Assembly: GCF_001194135.2 (NCBI RefSeq)
Contig: NC_069004.1
Coordinates: forward strand, 16,530,652 to 16,594,651
DNA length: 64,000 bases
DNA from: Octopus bimaculoides
Lineage: Eukaryota
Direction: 5' to 3'
The notes below the pieces were generated by a model. That model saw only the letters and a list, made by a program, of their open reading frames with translations, searched no databases and had not been told where the DNA came from. Every line of letters starts with the position of its first letter. Position 1 is the stretch's first letter. Positions 37,535-51,649 of this stretch are shown piece after piece. The translations under genes and the position numbers were made by a program.

Positions 37535-38664
37535 CCCTTTCGTTACTATATTTCTGACCAAAATACACCCCTCATGAGTTTCAATTAAATTCTAAAATAA
37601 TCATGAATTTAGACTAGTCTCATTAAACACCTGTAACTTCTTTATTTATCAACATATTAATGTGATATTTGGAACATAATTAAAGAAAGGGTTCTTAATC
37701 AATTCTATTGCATAATTTTTGTCTCTGGGGTACTGCTAGTGTCTCTCACATGTAAATATTGGTTCAGCTTCACGAATCGTACTCGTTCATAATACTGGAA
37801 ATATATTCATCGCCAAAAGGTTCCTGATCACTCCAGTAATTTGTTATTCTGGGTAACTGTCTAATACCCATAATAATATTTANNNNNNNNNNNNNNNNNN
37901 NNNNNNNNNNNNNNNNNNNNNNNNNNNNNNNNNNNNNNNNNNNNNNNNNNNNNNNNNNNNNNNNNNNNNNNNNNNNNNNNNNNNNNNNNNNNNNNNNNNN
38001 NNNNNNNNNNNNNNNNNNNNNNNNNNNNNNNNNNNNNNNNNNNNNNNNNNNNNNNNNNNNNNNNNNNNNNNNNNNNNNNNNNNNNNNNNNNNNNNNNNNN
38101 NNNNNNNNNNNNNNNNNNNNNNNNNNNNNNNNNNNNNNNNNNNNNNNNNNNNNNNNNNNNNNNNNNNNNNNNNNNNNNNNNNNNNNNNNNNNNNNNNNNN
38201 NNNNNNNNNNNNNNNNNNNNNNNNNNNNNNNNNNNNNNNNNNNNNNNNNNNNNNNNNNNNNNNNNNNNNNNNNNNNNNNNNNNNNNNNNNNNNNNNNNNN
38301 NNNNNNNNNNNNNNNNNNNNNNNNNNNNNNNNNNTTCTTCGATATCTCCATATCTTCTGTTGAAAAACCTTCAAATTCGGAATCACTGCTTGATAGCATG
38401 AAACTCCTCTCCATCTTCAAAGTTGAAAAAAATTAACGCCACAAAAAATGTGGAAAAAAATCTTCCAAAATTCACTAAGTTCAAATATCACGACAAACAA
38501 TGTTGGATACAATAACTCAACTGTTTGCAAAGTGAAATCAGGTGTTTTAACGAATGTACTAACGAGATTTGGGTTCAAATATACATTTAAATAACAATGA
38601 GTATGCTCGGCCGGGTTAGTCTTATGAACCAAAAAATTTTTCGGCCGGGTTAGTAACGAAAGGG
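37535..38664 (-). mobile_element. piggyBac element, internally deleted, contains gap 37883-38334
   Basis: Perfect 14-bp TIRs CCCTTTCGTTACTA / TAGTAACGAAAGGG; TTAA at 37531-37534 and 38665-38668; peptides SSSDSEFEGF and IMGIRQLPRITNYWS..RFVKLNQYLHV. Confidence 0.92.
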
Positions 38665-39178
38665 TTAAAGAGGGAATTAGACTATTTCTTTGATATGAAA
38701 AGTAATAGTGTTACTGTACTTTTAAAAAAGATAAAATGTCCATGTGCTCATTGAAACTTATTTACAAGATTTCTGTTTCTGAATCAGTGTAAAATTTGAA
38801 GAAAGCAGTGCTTTTATTAGCTTTCACAGTGCTACATATAATATTAGGACATGGACATGAATGTATTATCTCTCACTTAAACAAGTCTGTAACCTCAGTT
38901 ACAGCTAACGCACTCATGGTAATAAAAAGAAATATCAGAAAAAATGTTTATCAACCTATGGCTTTTGAATTTTGTTTGTAATGTACACTTACTGAAGTCT
39001 TGCAGCTATATGCGGAAGGGGATCTATGATTATGGACTCTGTAGTCACTGCACCTCCAATTACGTGTTTGAAAATCTTGCATATAAGGACACTAGATGTC
39101 AAGAGGAAACCTAGATCCATTAGAAGTATAACATTTGTAGTTTAAGCTCAAAACAGTACACTTTATTTTTATTTTATA

Positions 39179-40376
39179 CTAGCAGAAATACCCGGCTTTG
39201 CCCGGGTTAAAGAGAATAATGAAATCTAAAAACGCTGTCTAGACTACGCAACCATCAACTGTTAGTAGCTACGATACCATATTTCTACATTAATAACTCT
39301 CCAATCCATGCCAGCATGGAACATAGACATTAAGTGGAATGCCAGTCTCTCATCTAGGAGGGCCTTGAAATCAATGTTACCAACTGGGGACTATGTGTGT
39401 CGTAGTGATAATAAAAAGACCCAAAGGAGGTCTGCAACGAAATAATTTTACTCAACACTTTGCAAGTGAATCAGTGGAGGCAAAGATGCGTCTCATTTAC
39501 TTGACAATTTATGCACCACATTGCAGAAATCNNNNNNNNNNNNNNNNNNNNNNNNNNNNNNNNNNNNNNNNNNNNNNNNNNNNNNNNNNNNNNNNNNNNN
39601 NNNNNNNNNNNNNNNNNNNNNNNNNNNNNNNNNNNNNNNNNNNNNNNNNNNNNNNNNNNNNNNNNNNNNNNNNNNNNNNNNNNNNNNNNNNNNNNNNNNN
39701 NNNNNNNNNNNNNNNNNNNNNNNNNNNNNNNNNNNNNNNNNNNNNNNNNNNNNNNNNNNNNNNNNNNNNNNNNNNNNNNNNNNNNNNNNNNNNNNNNNNN
39801 NNNNNNNNNNNNNNNNNNNNNNNNNNNNNNNNNNNNNNNNNNNNNNNNNNNNNNNNNNNNNNNNNNNNNNNNNNNNNNNNNNNNNNNNNNNNNNNNNNNN
39901 NNNNNNNNNNNNNNNNNNNNNNNNNNNNNNNNNNNNNNNNNNNNNNNNNNNNNNNNNNNNNNNNNNNNNNNNNNNNNNNNNNNNNNNNNNNNNNNNNNNN
40001 NNNNNNNNNNNNNNNNNNNNNNNNNNNNNTCTTTCTCTCTCTCTCTTTCTCTCTCTCTCTGAAAGTATCTGTCATTACAATATCGAAATGTGATTGTTTC
40101 AGTTAGTTGAATAGTTTCATTTTTAAAGTGAAAGTATTTGACATGAGTGTTTTTGTTTCACTTTTGACACGTAATACTTAAATAGTGGAGGAGATATTAT
40201 GTTGCTGTGGGCTCGAACTCTGGAAGAAGTTAAAATTTTTTTTTGACTAAAACACAACTGGAACCCTAAGTAAGGCATCTGTAAAATTTGAATGAAATTG
40301 GTTGCGTAGTTCTCGAGTTTTAGGGATTCACACAGACAGACAGACACACACACATTCTCATTTTTATATATATAGA
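39179..40376 (-). mobile_element. non-autonomous Helitron, contains gap 39532-40029
   Basis: Minus strand begins A|TCTATATA and ends with hairpin ACCCGGGCAAAGCCGGGT, then 7 nt, then CTAG|T. Confidence 0.85.
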
Positions 40377-41571
40377 TTGCAGTTTGAGATTCAAGTGGAA
40401 AATGGGTTTGTGATCATTCAAGATGATATCAGGGGTTGAATGGTAAAGCAATCTACCAATCTTCTATTTCTAACAAAATAGTTAATTCTGACACTCTAGT
40501 GTACAGTATATATTGTAGGGCTGGTTTTCTTGTATATTTTGATGTTGTTGTTTATTAGGAGTCCATTGTGCATTACAGTGTCTACTTTCAATATGTTCCT
40601 AGTTTTATCTGTGAAGAAGCATACTTTCAAGTATCATGTAGTCATTCAGAATTTTTAGCAAGGGATTATTACAAGGCTGAAATCTTACTTTTAATAAAGT
40701 CCAATTATCATATTGATAAGGCAAACTGAAAATCCGAAGGTCTTTCATCGTGGTAAGGGACACATTCATGCTTTGAATCTGTATTTAGAAGTAGGTGTAC
40801 CAGTAATCTAGTTCTTAAAGAACTAGATTTTTTGTACATCTAGTTAATTATATCAATGTTATATCATAAAGTTTCATGGAGAGTATCTGTATATGCTTCA
40901 AGGAATTTGGGAAGGGCAGTTTTTCTATTAAGTGCTTGCTAAGACTTAACTGGAGTGAATATTAAAGTGAACAGGTGTACAAAGAAAAAATTATTCACTA
41001 TATCACATAGAATATATATTTGTAGCTTAATGCAGTTAATGCCCCCTCCCCTCCAATTATTACTCAGTTTTATAGACTCACAAATACATGCTTAATTGTA
41101 TAGGCACCCCAAGAAAGAGGAGTATTGTTTGAAAGTTGATTTCTTGTCAGTTGTTGGTAAGCTGAATTTTCATTGGATATGCCAGGTCATGTGATTGAAT
41201 TGAAGGCAGACTTATATAGATCACTGTAAAGTGTTAAGGGGTGTGGGTGAGTTGACTCTGACATTAACTTTGATAAGTAAGGGAGCTAACTCTTCAATAC
41301 ACTTGGGAATTTTTTTCCAGGTTGTTTGGTTGGAACTGAGCCAGCTGTGAAGGAAGAAGGAAATTATTTTGGATTTCTTGTTGAGGCATGATGTATAGTG
41401 TTTTAGCTGGTGAAACCAACAGTTCCCTCATCAGCTGGTTTATAAGAACGGATCCAATACTTCAAGTTAGAGTACAGCATTCATGGTCCTGAGCTCTTAT
41501 ACTTCCAAATGAATGAGACAGAGAAGTGGAGGTCTTGTTGATAGATCAAAACATAACACACACACACTCTT

Positions 41572-43453
41572 CTATATGTATAGACACCCGGCGTTGCTCG
41601 GAATTAAAATGGCATAGTTTGTATATAATATATTACAGTTATGTTGAAACAGGTGATATGGGAAAGTGCGGTATTGACAACAAAACATTTGTGGAATAAA
41701 TGCTGGGCTAATTCGACTAAGTAACATGCTATGCATCTGTTTGGAGTATTTCAGGCCCTAACCAGTCATGGAAAATTGGGGGTTGGGTTATATGATTTTA
41801 AAATGCACTGAAAAGCTGTCTTTTGCAGCAGTCGGTGCTGTTCCTAACACAAACCATCATCTTAAATTTTGATATCTCCTTTGGCTTTGATGTCCTACAT
41901 CACTCGTAAAGTCAATTTGGAGGAACTGTGGTTGTTCATTTGTGGGTAACTGGGAACTAATGAGGTGTGCCCTTGAACTTTGACATTAGCATAAATTCAT
42001 CTTTAACTATCTTCTTAGCTGCAGTAAACGATGTCATTTGAAATGCAAAGTTGTATTGTCTGATATTGTTCAGAAAATTCTTTGACTGGCTGGAAGTGCC
42101 TTCTAGAAGATCGATAAGAGGTTGAGAAGGAGCTGGTAGTGCTGACAATGTTACCTGACAACCCGAGCGGCACATACCATTTGTTTCATTTGAAAATTTT
42201 AAACTTCTACAGAAACGACAATTTGTGTTTAGCACGCTAATTTGGACAGTTATCATTTTTATAAGAATGGGATGGATCATATCTAAAAACAGCTTCAGGA
42301 GTTGTGAAGAACGAATTTGTATGTAGTCCATTTCTGAGAGCTATTCATTCTATTGGACCTCTCTGTCTAATCGTTAAAACATTGATTTAATGATCCAGCA
42401 TTCATTTGCTGATCTTGGGAAAGTCTCATCTCCCTTCTCTCTTGAGACTCCGTCTGACGTGCTGTGCTGCTGCATGCCTTTGCTGATGTTGAGAAAATTT
42501 CATCCTGCTTCTCTGTTCAGACTCTCGCCTTAGGTGTTTTACACTCGTCCTTGCTTTATACTTGTTTCTGGAGAGATTACATCTTTTCTTTGGTGGCATA
42601 TTTTTTTCAATATTGTAAACAAAAAATTATGAACATAAAAAGAAATTATACATTATTCCCTATTTTTGTAAGCAGGTGTATGTATGTAGTATGTCTTTAT
42701 TTTTGTATGCAGTATAAATTAACCAAATAGAAGCACATGTATGAACTGCTAATTTAATGGTAAATGCCACAGCAATTATTATAGATAAATTTCTTAATAA
42801 ATATATTAAGCACATGTATTAAATGTTAATTTAAGGGTAAATATGTAACTGTAAACATCTTGCAACCTTGAAACTGCTGCGATAATTATTAACTGGGAAT
42901 TGAACGGTAAATGTATATTTTTATATACCTTGGACCTGCCACCTCATTGCTTTTTATCAAGAGTTTCACCTCCAGCCGTTCGTTATGTCAGTCAATACAT
43001 TTACTGACACACTATTCTGCTGTGGTGGCCATAAAGACGGAAAGTTGCCGATGCATAATGTTGTTCACATTAGGATGTAAATTATTCATTTATTTCAAAT
43101 ATAATAGAAATAAGATGATCTTAATGTTATCACATTATAGATGATAAGCAGCTTTCTTTATTATAGTACAAATGTGACTAATTCGGCAAAACATTACTTT
43201 CATTATTGAAACATTATAACTCTCGTAATTTTGGTTGAAATTGAAAGTGTGAAACTATTTTCACTTTCTAATGAAACCTGGTCATTGTAGAGCAGTGTCT
43301 TTCAAATAACTATAGCTGGTTGTTGAGATAATGTAGAATATATGTAAACGAAAATGTAGTTTATTTGGTAGCCCAAAAATTACTGAATATTTTGATATCC
43401 TTATGTCAAAATGGGCAACCCAATTTTGGAATGCAAAAGGAACATATGCACGT

Positions 43454-43494
<41 letters not shown>

Positions 43495-44277
43495 CTCACT
43501 CGCTCTCTCTCTCTCTCACTTTTAGAACATACATAAGGTATGAAACATCAGTATTTCTCTGTCACCCGCTATCCCTGTCTTTCATCTTCTATAAAAACTT
43601 GTTTTCTGTCTGTTTCTTTCATTTGTCTCTGCCTTTTTTTCATTTTGTGTTTCTCCCTCTGATTCCATAAAATTTTATTTCAAGAGAGCAGAAATTGAAA
43701 GAGGAGAGAAGGAAAGTGAAAGATGTATATAAAACAGACGTGTGTGTGTGCATGCATACATGTGTGTGAGAGAGAGAAAGAGAGAGATTGAGTGAGTGAA
43801 GGTGTGTTGTGATGATTGATGTCTTTTAATTACACACACATAGAAAATGTGACGTCATCATCATCGTATAAAACGTTTACAATAGTTGATTTATGGAAAA
43901 GATTATAATGTTAAATTTTTGAAATGCAAATATGTGAATGGAAATTAAGTTTAGTTTGTAGCCAAAATAGTACTAAATCTTTTGATACCCCCATATGTCA
44001 AAACCGGTAACTCCGTTTTGGAATGCATAAGGAAGATATATATATATAGGACAAACTTCTTTCAAACTGAAAGTATTATCTCGCATTACAGTAGAGACGT
44101 AATACTGAAATAGTGCAAGAGATAAGAGATTGCTCTGGGCTTGCATTAGGCAAGAAGTTGAAAACTTTTTTTGGCCCATGACATTGCATGGACCCTAAGT
44201 AAGGTATGTGTAAAATTTGAATGAAATCGGTTGTGCAGCTCTCAAGTTTTAGGGATTCATATATATATATATATGGA
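41572..44277 (-). mobile_element. Helitron derivative carrying an N-terminal Rep fragment
   Basis: 5' end A|TCCATAT shares about 110 bp with the 39179-40376 element; degenerate 3' hairpin CCCGGCGTTGCTCGG; ORF 41957..42331 CRFCRSLKF..E..GMC..QVTL..P..PL..LL.G..SKNFLNNIRQYN.AFQMTSF, followed by PQFLQI. Confidence 0.8.
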
Positions 44278-44977
44278 TCTGAAATTCACTTCATATTTAC
44301 CTGATTTCAGGTTCCATCCTATTGCATGGTACCTACAGCAAGATGTCTTTACTATAGCCTGTAGCTGACTAATAGCGTGTGAATAAAATTGGTAGAGAGA
44401 AACTATTTAGGAGGTGTATATATCTTTGTGTGTGCATAAATATTTCCATATGTTTTCACATTTGACTCCATTTAAGTGACAGTGATATGTTTACATCTTC
44501 TGTACTCAGTATATCTTGTAGCTCAGCAACTTGAGCAGTCTCAGTAAGACTTGCCCAAACCAAACCACATGGAAAAAAGCAAATGTAAAAATGATGTGTA
44601 TGTCATCATAAACATATAAATATTTCACTCATTTGTTTTATATCCATTTTTCCTTGTTAGCAAGAGTTGGATGAATATATCATTGAGTCATTGATTTAGA
44701 ACTGAATGCCTTTCCTGTCGCTAACCTTCACCTGTTTTTTTAAATAAGCAACTTATTTCACATGAACTGAACAGACAGTTTATTGGCAGGAGAAGTTACA
44801 CTAACACTACTTCCAGCAACTGATTTTTGTAGATTGCACATATAAACAATTGTGCCCAAGTACACACATACATATATGACATGCTTCTTTCAGTTTCTGT
44901 CTACCAAATTCACCCACAAGGCTTTGCTTGGCCTGGGGCAGTACAGCTTTGCTTCTATTTTATATATATATATATAG

Positions 44978-45208
44978 TCTTTTAGTCTTTTACTTGTTTC
45001 TGTCATTTGACAGTGGCCATTACTGGTGCACTGCCTTAAAGGGTTGTAGTCAAAGAAATCATCCCCAGGGCTTATTCTTTGTAAGCCCAGTACTTATTTT
45101 ATCAATCTCTTTTGCCAAACCATTAAGTTATGGGGACATGAACACACCAGCATCAGATGTCAAGTGGTGGCAGGGACAAAAACACACACACACACACACA
45201 CACATATA

Positions 45209-45246
<38 letters not shown>

Positions 45247-45394
45247 CGACAGGCTTCTTTCAGTTTCCATCTGCTAAATCCACTCACAAAGTTTTGGTCG
45301 GCTCGAGGCTATAGTAGAAGATACTTGCTCAAGGTGCCATGCAGTGGGACTGAACTTGGCACCATGTGGTTGAGAAGGTAGCTTCTTGCCACAC
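44978..45394 (-). mobile_element. family A SINE, full length
   Basis: Reverse complement of 745-1165; a partial extra copy lies at 44870-44940. Confidence 0.85.
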
Positions 45395-46326
45395 TTGTGT
45401 GTGTTTCTGCTCTTGTCTTGACATCATACAATTGTTGTAAACATCATCCAAGTAGTATCCTTTGTTTACATAAAAACATGTCTGGCCATGAGGAAATATT
45501 TCCTTACCTGGAAACAGGAAGGGCTTCCAGCTGTAGAAAACATGCAAACATGAATCAGATATATTCAAAAGTGAACATTAAAATGATTGTGCACATCTGT
45601 TTATATACATTTATACAAGGTATCTCATAATGATAGGACACATTATATGTATGTATGTATGTCCATACATATGAAATGAAAAGAGAAATAAAGAAATTTT
45701 GTAACAGTGCTGAAAGTTTTACAAACAAAACTATTTTAGATGCAAAAGTCTAGCTTCAGAAGGAAGCAGTCTAAGAAATGTGTATTTACCTCAATTTCTT
45801 TATTTCTTTTAAACTGTTTGGGTTAGCAGCAGCAGTGACTCTCCATTGTTACTCGTGGTTGTTGTAACATATTTTCACATAGTGGTGATGGAAGATGGTG
45901 TTAGTGGTGTATGCTATATTGTTGGTCTTAGTTGCTGTGATGTATTCATAGGAGCCACTTGCCCATCTTTAATCAACTATTGATTTTCAGGTTGAGGCAG
46001 TTGATCAGATTTCTTGTGTTCTTCTCCGAGTCTAGTATGGAGGCATCTATCTTTTTGGTAGTGTTGCAACATTTGGTTAAGTGTTAGCAAAAGGAAGATG
46101 CATCGATAGTGAGGTGTTCCTTCATTAAGACATAGAGTGATCAGACCGTGCTACCAAAATAATAGTTGTTGCATTTGGAGCACCATATCTGTTTTACTAT
46201 GTATGTATGTAGGCACATGTTAATGTTGCGAATAGGGCAGTTCCTCTAGGAACTAAGCATCATGTGCATCCTGGCTGGTGTTGTCACTGCATCTCTAGTG
46301 TCTGCAGGTTTATCTAAAACGTATGT

Positions 46327-46676
46327 AGGTGCAGGAGTGGCTGTGTAGTAAGTAGCTTGCTTACCAACCACATGGTTCTGGGTTCAGTCCCACTGCGTGC
46401 CACTCTGGGCAAGTGTCTTACTATAGCCTCAGGCCGACCAAAGCCTTGTGAGTGGATTGGGTAGACAGAAACTGAAAGAAGCCCATCATATATATATATA
46501 TGTTTGTGTGTCTGTGTTTGTCCCCCAGCATCACTTGATAACCGATGCTGGTGTGTTTACATCCCCGTAACGTAGCAGTTTGGCAAAAGAGACTGATGGA
46601 ATAAGTACTCGGCTTACAAAGAATAAGTCCTGGGGTCAATTTGCTTGTAGTCAAAAGGACAAACAAATAAAAGAAT
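46327..46676 (+). mobile_element. family A SINE
   Basis: GGAGTGGCTGTGTAGTAAGTAGCTTGCTTACCAACCACATGG head. Confidence 0.88.
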
Positions 46677-47175
46677 ATATATCATAGATAGATATGTATA
46701 TGTAAATATACTTGCTGTTGGTAACCCTAAGAATGAGATTGATGTATAAACATATAAAGACAATACCTGACTGTTGCATCAAATATGCAACTGCATGGAT
46801 GCATAGTATGTTTGCGAGACTGGGTCTCACTGGATCTAAACATCATAAAAATGTCAAGAAAGATAAACATGCTCTTATTTTTGTACATCAAATACTCTAC
46901 AGACTCTGGTTACTACTATTATGACCCTAGGCTTTTCTACTTCACTTGCCCCACTTTACTCTCTGTTCGTGTGTTGATATGCATAAATGTGTGTGTGTCT
47001 CTGCTTGTCCTCTTCTCTCTTCTTTCATCTTTCTTTAAAATTCTTTCACCCTCTAGTCAGGTATGCCAATTTGCTTATAATATGCAGGATTAGGTTATAT
47101 ATTTTTTTGCTGAAATACTGAGGGTGTGTGCTGCTGGCTTATAGAAATGTGTGTGTATTATTAAATCTTAAAAAA

Positions 47176-47385
47176 AGGTGTTGAGCTGGCAGAATCTTTA
47201 GTATACTGGATAAAATGCTTAGTGGCATTTCATCCATCTTTACAGTCAGTCAAGTTCTGCCAAGACTAACTTTGACTTTTATCCTTTCAAGGGTGATAAA
47301 ATAAGTACCCATTGAGCACTAGAGTTGATGTAAATGACCTGCCCTTACTCTCAACATTTCAGACCTATAGTAGAAAGAATTATTA
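47176..47385 (+). mobile_element. family B SINE
   Basis: GAGCTGGCAGAATC...GATAAAATAAGTACC. Confidence 0.75.
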
Positions 47386-47793
47386 AAGCTTAAAAACACC
47401 TGTTATGTTTTCTGTGTTTCTTATTACTGTATAACATGGCTCAAACTCCACACTCTCTCCTAATGCATGATCTGACAGTTCACTTTCAAACCACATGGAA
47501 TATTAGTGTTGAGTGAAACTGATTACTGAGCTGAAATTATCTGGTATCAGCACACTGATAATTGTATATATACTTACACACACACACACACATACATATA
47601 TCTAAATAAACATATATACATATGTTTGTTTGTTTATACATATAGCTGTTAAACTAGCAACAAACAAACAAAAAGATAAAATCAAGAGGTCAAGAGCTAC
47701 AAACACTACAGGTTTCAAATAAGAGTATCCTTCTTTCATATATATTTATATACATGTTCATTTATGTACTCATGTAAATAAGCATACACATGA

Positions 47794-47839
<46 letters not shown>

Positions 47840-49109
47840 TAGGTGGCTGTTGTCACTCCTTTGTTTATCTGCCTTTTGACAGGTCTTCTTCATCTTTCAT
47901 GGTGTTTAAAATTCACCTTCCTAACAGTGCAATGGGTGTACAGGGTTACATTAGCAATAGCACCTATGAGTGACCTGACAGTAAACATATATAGGCACAG
48001 GCATGGATCTTTGGTTAAGAAGTTCACCTCATAGCTATATGGTTTGAGCTTCAGTCCCTCTTCATGATACCTTGGGCAAGTCTCTTCTACTATAGTGAGT
48101 GGATTTGATTGAAAGAAACTGGATGAAGCACATTGTATGTGCATATATTTGTATAACCCCATGCTAGCTTGAAAAAAAAAACTGAAAATGGTATATGTTT
48201 GTGAGTATGTATTTTATTTTTATAATGATTTGATGAGCTGAACTGGCCTTGAAGGTGGGGCTAGTTATGTTTCTTGAAACCATTACACTTTATGGTGTCC
48301 ATTATTTATCTCAAAGGTTATTTGCATTTGTCATGCAACCTCTGATGATTTGATGATGTAATCTATTTATAAGGTATTTCTTTACCTGACAGATATTATC
48401 ATTAATGAAATATTTAAGATATATTAAATAAAAATTTATCTCTACAGTTTTGCATTTGTACCTTATATTTGTAATATTGGAATGGATTTACAGAAAGAAA
48501 TACAAAATAATGCATTTGTTCCTCACATATGGATCTTTTGAAATATAATGAACACAGCATAATAAACCACACCCATGCTCACACACACTCTAAAAGCACA
48601 GGTGTGACTGTGTGACTGAGAAGTTTTTCATGTTGGCTGTTAACTTGCTGTCAAGTATAACTTTTTGTGTTAAAATCATAAATGCAGTACCTTCTTGTAA
48701 TGAGCTTCCACAGTAACATAGATATACAACAATGTGATCAAACCAAGATAGCTATGGCACTGCAATGAAGGACACTTGCATAGTCAACCAAAGGATGATC
48801 ACAACCACATTCAGCTACACATCACTTGGTGTCTCCATGAGTGAGGAAATTAGAGAAGTGGTGCTATTTCATTCTCAGACATGCATGGTACCCCAACTGC
48901 TACAGCTAAAAGCCCACCATCTGTTTCTTTCATGAAGTCTAAATCTTGATTTATACATAGAAAAAGAGAGAAGGGTACAAAATTTACATAGACAAGTTTT
49001 ATTGCGACAAATTGCACCCTGTAAAAGTTTAAAATCAATAATGTGGCAGCAAGCCAAATAAGATATGAGAAACCCAGAGGCTACAAAAACTGCAGCTTTT
49101 AAGTTAGAG

Positions 49110-50130
49110 TACTCTTCTCCCATGTGCAATAACACATACACATCATTATCCCCACTTGATGTCCATTTTCCATGTTGGTCTGGAGTAGATGGTTCAATAG
49201 GAGCTGGCAAGCCAGAGGACTGCCAAGCTTCAATGTCTGCTTTGACATGGTTTCTACTGCTGGATGCCTTTCCTCACACCAACCACTTTACAAAGTACAC
49301 TGGGTGCATTTTACATGGCATCAGCATCATCAAGGTAACCTAGATGAGGTAACAAACAGGTGTTCTGCTGTAGAGGAAGGAGATAGATGGCTACTCCTGA
49401 TAGAAAAGAGTAAAGATGGTGGTGAAAAGATGTCAGTGACCCTCATCTTACTGGACGGTGAATATAAGTGGTCCAGAGGATTGGACTGGGTGAGTGAGTA
49501 GGCAGATTTGCTCGAATGTGAAAGGAGAGTGGCAGATGGATAGAGAGGAATGGAGTGGGTGTTAGGAAGATGAGTTGTGTGAAGGGTGGGTGTTGGGAAA
49601 ATGTTGTGAAAAACAAAACTCATTAAGGACAGATTGGGTGCAGAGACATTGATATAAATGATATGCTTTTAAGACCTTATTTTTGCTTAGAAGAATGGGT
49701 TTTCTTGAGCACAGCAAATCACCAATTACCTCAGTTCTTCATCTCGCATCTTCCTCTTTCACAGGTTCTATTCACGTTTAGTGATAGGCACTTCTTTATG
49801 CAGCTATCCTCATCGATATGCATCACATTACTATAGCATTGCAGTCTTTTCTCTTGCACATTACATCTGATGCCCAATTTTTCTCTCGACACATTTGCAC
49901 TTTGTCATAGATATACACTGATATTTCACATTCAGTGGAATATCCTAGCTTTCATTTCTTTCTGGTTTTTGCTTGTCCTCTGGATTCACATCCCAAATTT
50001 CACTACCAGTTAACATTGTTGTTCATACACAAGCATCAAAAATTTACCTTTCACTCTGAGAAAGAGACCTATTCTGTTGGATGACTATGAATTCTTTTGA
50101 ATTCATACACTCTTAGCCAGTTTATTTTTC
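49110..50130 (-). mobile_element. decayed RTE 3' region, fragmented
   Basis: GGATGCCTTTCCTCACACCAACCAC 3' UTR motif at about 49260; 49690-50120 is colinear with 9370-9800. Confidence 0.6.
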
Positions 50131-51649
50131 ATTTCACAGAGTACCTAAAATTCATCTGCCTCACTAGGTAGGTTTTGTTGGATTGCCAGCTTTGTCACTT
50201 ACATGTAGTAGCCTATGTGGTTATCACTCTAATATTTTCTAGTTATCAGATATCTGATAGAACATACATGCATGTACACAAAGGAGTTCCTGGCTTTAAA
50301 AGTGTTGCGAAAGGCCTGGTTGGAGGCCCAACCTTCCAAGTTCTTTTACGGGACTTAATAACTGAAGAACCACTGTAGTAAGTGTGTGAAGTTTAGAGGA
50401 GAATAAGTTGAATAAAATCATAACGGATCCTCCTTGTGTGTGTGTGTGCACGTGCGCAAACATGTGCCTTGTCTTACTTTGGGCCCTCAAGTTGGGATGA
50501 GGTCGTGGGGGTGCCCTCTTGTCATATGCTATTTGATGTCTTGAGCATTATTACTCTTGGTGGATCCCATCCTTTTTTAGGTGTAACATCAGCTGAAGTC
50601 TTCCAAAAAGAGACAATTATGCTATGATGGGTCAACTGCATGTGAAGGATCATGCATATATATATATATATATACGTGTGTGTAGAGAGAGAGAGAGAGA
50701 GAGAGAGATAGATATGAAATTTACAGAAAAACAAAAGACGAAGACAGGTGTATAAACAACAAGCAGAAATATTAGTTTGATGCTCGGGAAGGTGACACTC
50801 ACGCACACACATTTGTTGCTGGTGTGTTAATATTTTGTTTCAGTGCTACTCAGATTTTTCAACCAGTACTCTGTAGACCAATTTACAGACAGTAATGTAA
50901 AGAGCAAACCAGTGAACAAATTTCAATCTCCTATTGGGATTTCTTTTGTGGACTGGTCACAGATACAGTTGCGTTTACTTCAAGTTTTTAATAATAGTAG
51001 GTCTATATGCTGTCTTTGAGAACAGTATAAGGGGTCGTACATGACATTAAAGAAATTTTAACGGAATTGAAATTAGATCATCCCCCCCCTTTTTTTTCTT
51101 CTTCTTTCCACAAAGATATTGTAAAGACCTTTAGATCTTACTAGACATACAATGTTGGCTAAAAAAAAAAAAAACCTATAGATATATTTTGTACTACATT
51201 GTTGGTATTAGGAAGGGCGTCCAGCCTTAGAAACCAGGTGGTGATAACTCTCAGAATTGTTTCACACTATCACAACTCGTCCAATTCGTGCCAACACAGA
51301 AAATAGACGTAAAATGAATATGTGTGTGTGTGTCCAGCTTCTGGCTCAAAAGCATCTTGTCTCCTCTTTCTTCCTTTTCTACTAATACAAAATAGCTTTT
51401 ATTTCTTGGGCTTCTGTCACCTCCACTCAGGCACTTCCATCCGACTCATCTCTTTTGCTCCCAACACACTTGTGTCCAGGCACGTTAATCACCACTCCCA
51501 GTCCTTCCTTTTCCAAACTGAAAACCCTCTTTAATTCCCTTCTTGCTTATATCTTTCCCACAATTTTTGGTTTATTCAAAAGGAATATTATCCGATCAGG
51601 AGGATCAGGAAAAACCATGGGTACTACCCCTTCTTCCAGACCAAGCTAG

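Noticed and set aside
39393-40106. Long X-filled ORFs (also at 11618-12477 and 37770-38420)
   Set aside because: Artefacts of N gaps; only the flanking TE-derived peptides are meaningful.
41405-41438. Minus-strand CTGATGA (41428-41434) in a decayed repeat
   Set aside because: The GAAA and cleavage-site half is missing; it cannot be supported as a ribozyme.
51615-51649. MGTTPSSRPS mini-ORF with an N-myristoylation-like start at the island edge
   Set aside because: Ten codons, ends at TAG, and has no splice donor or other support.
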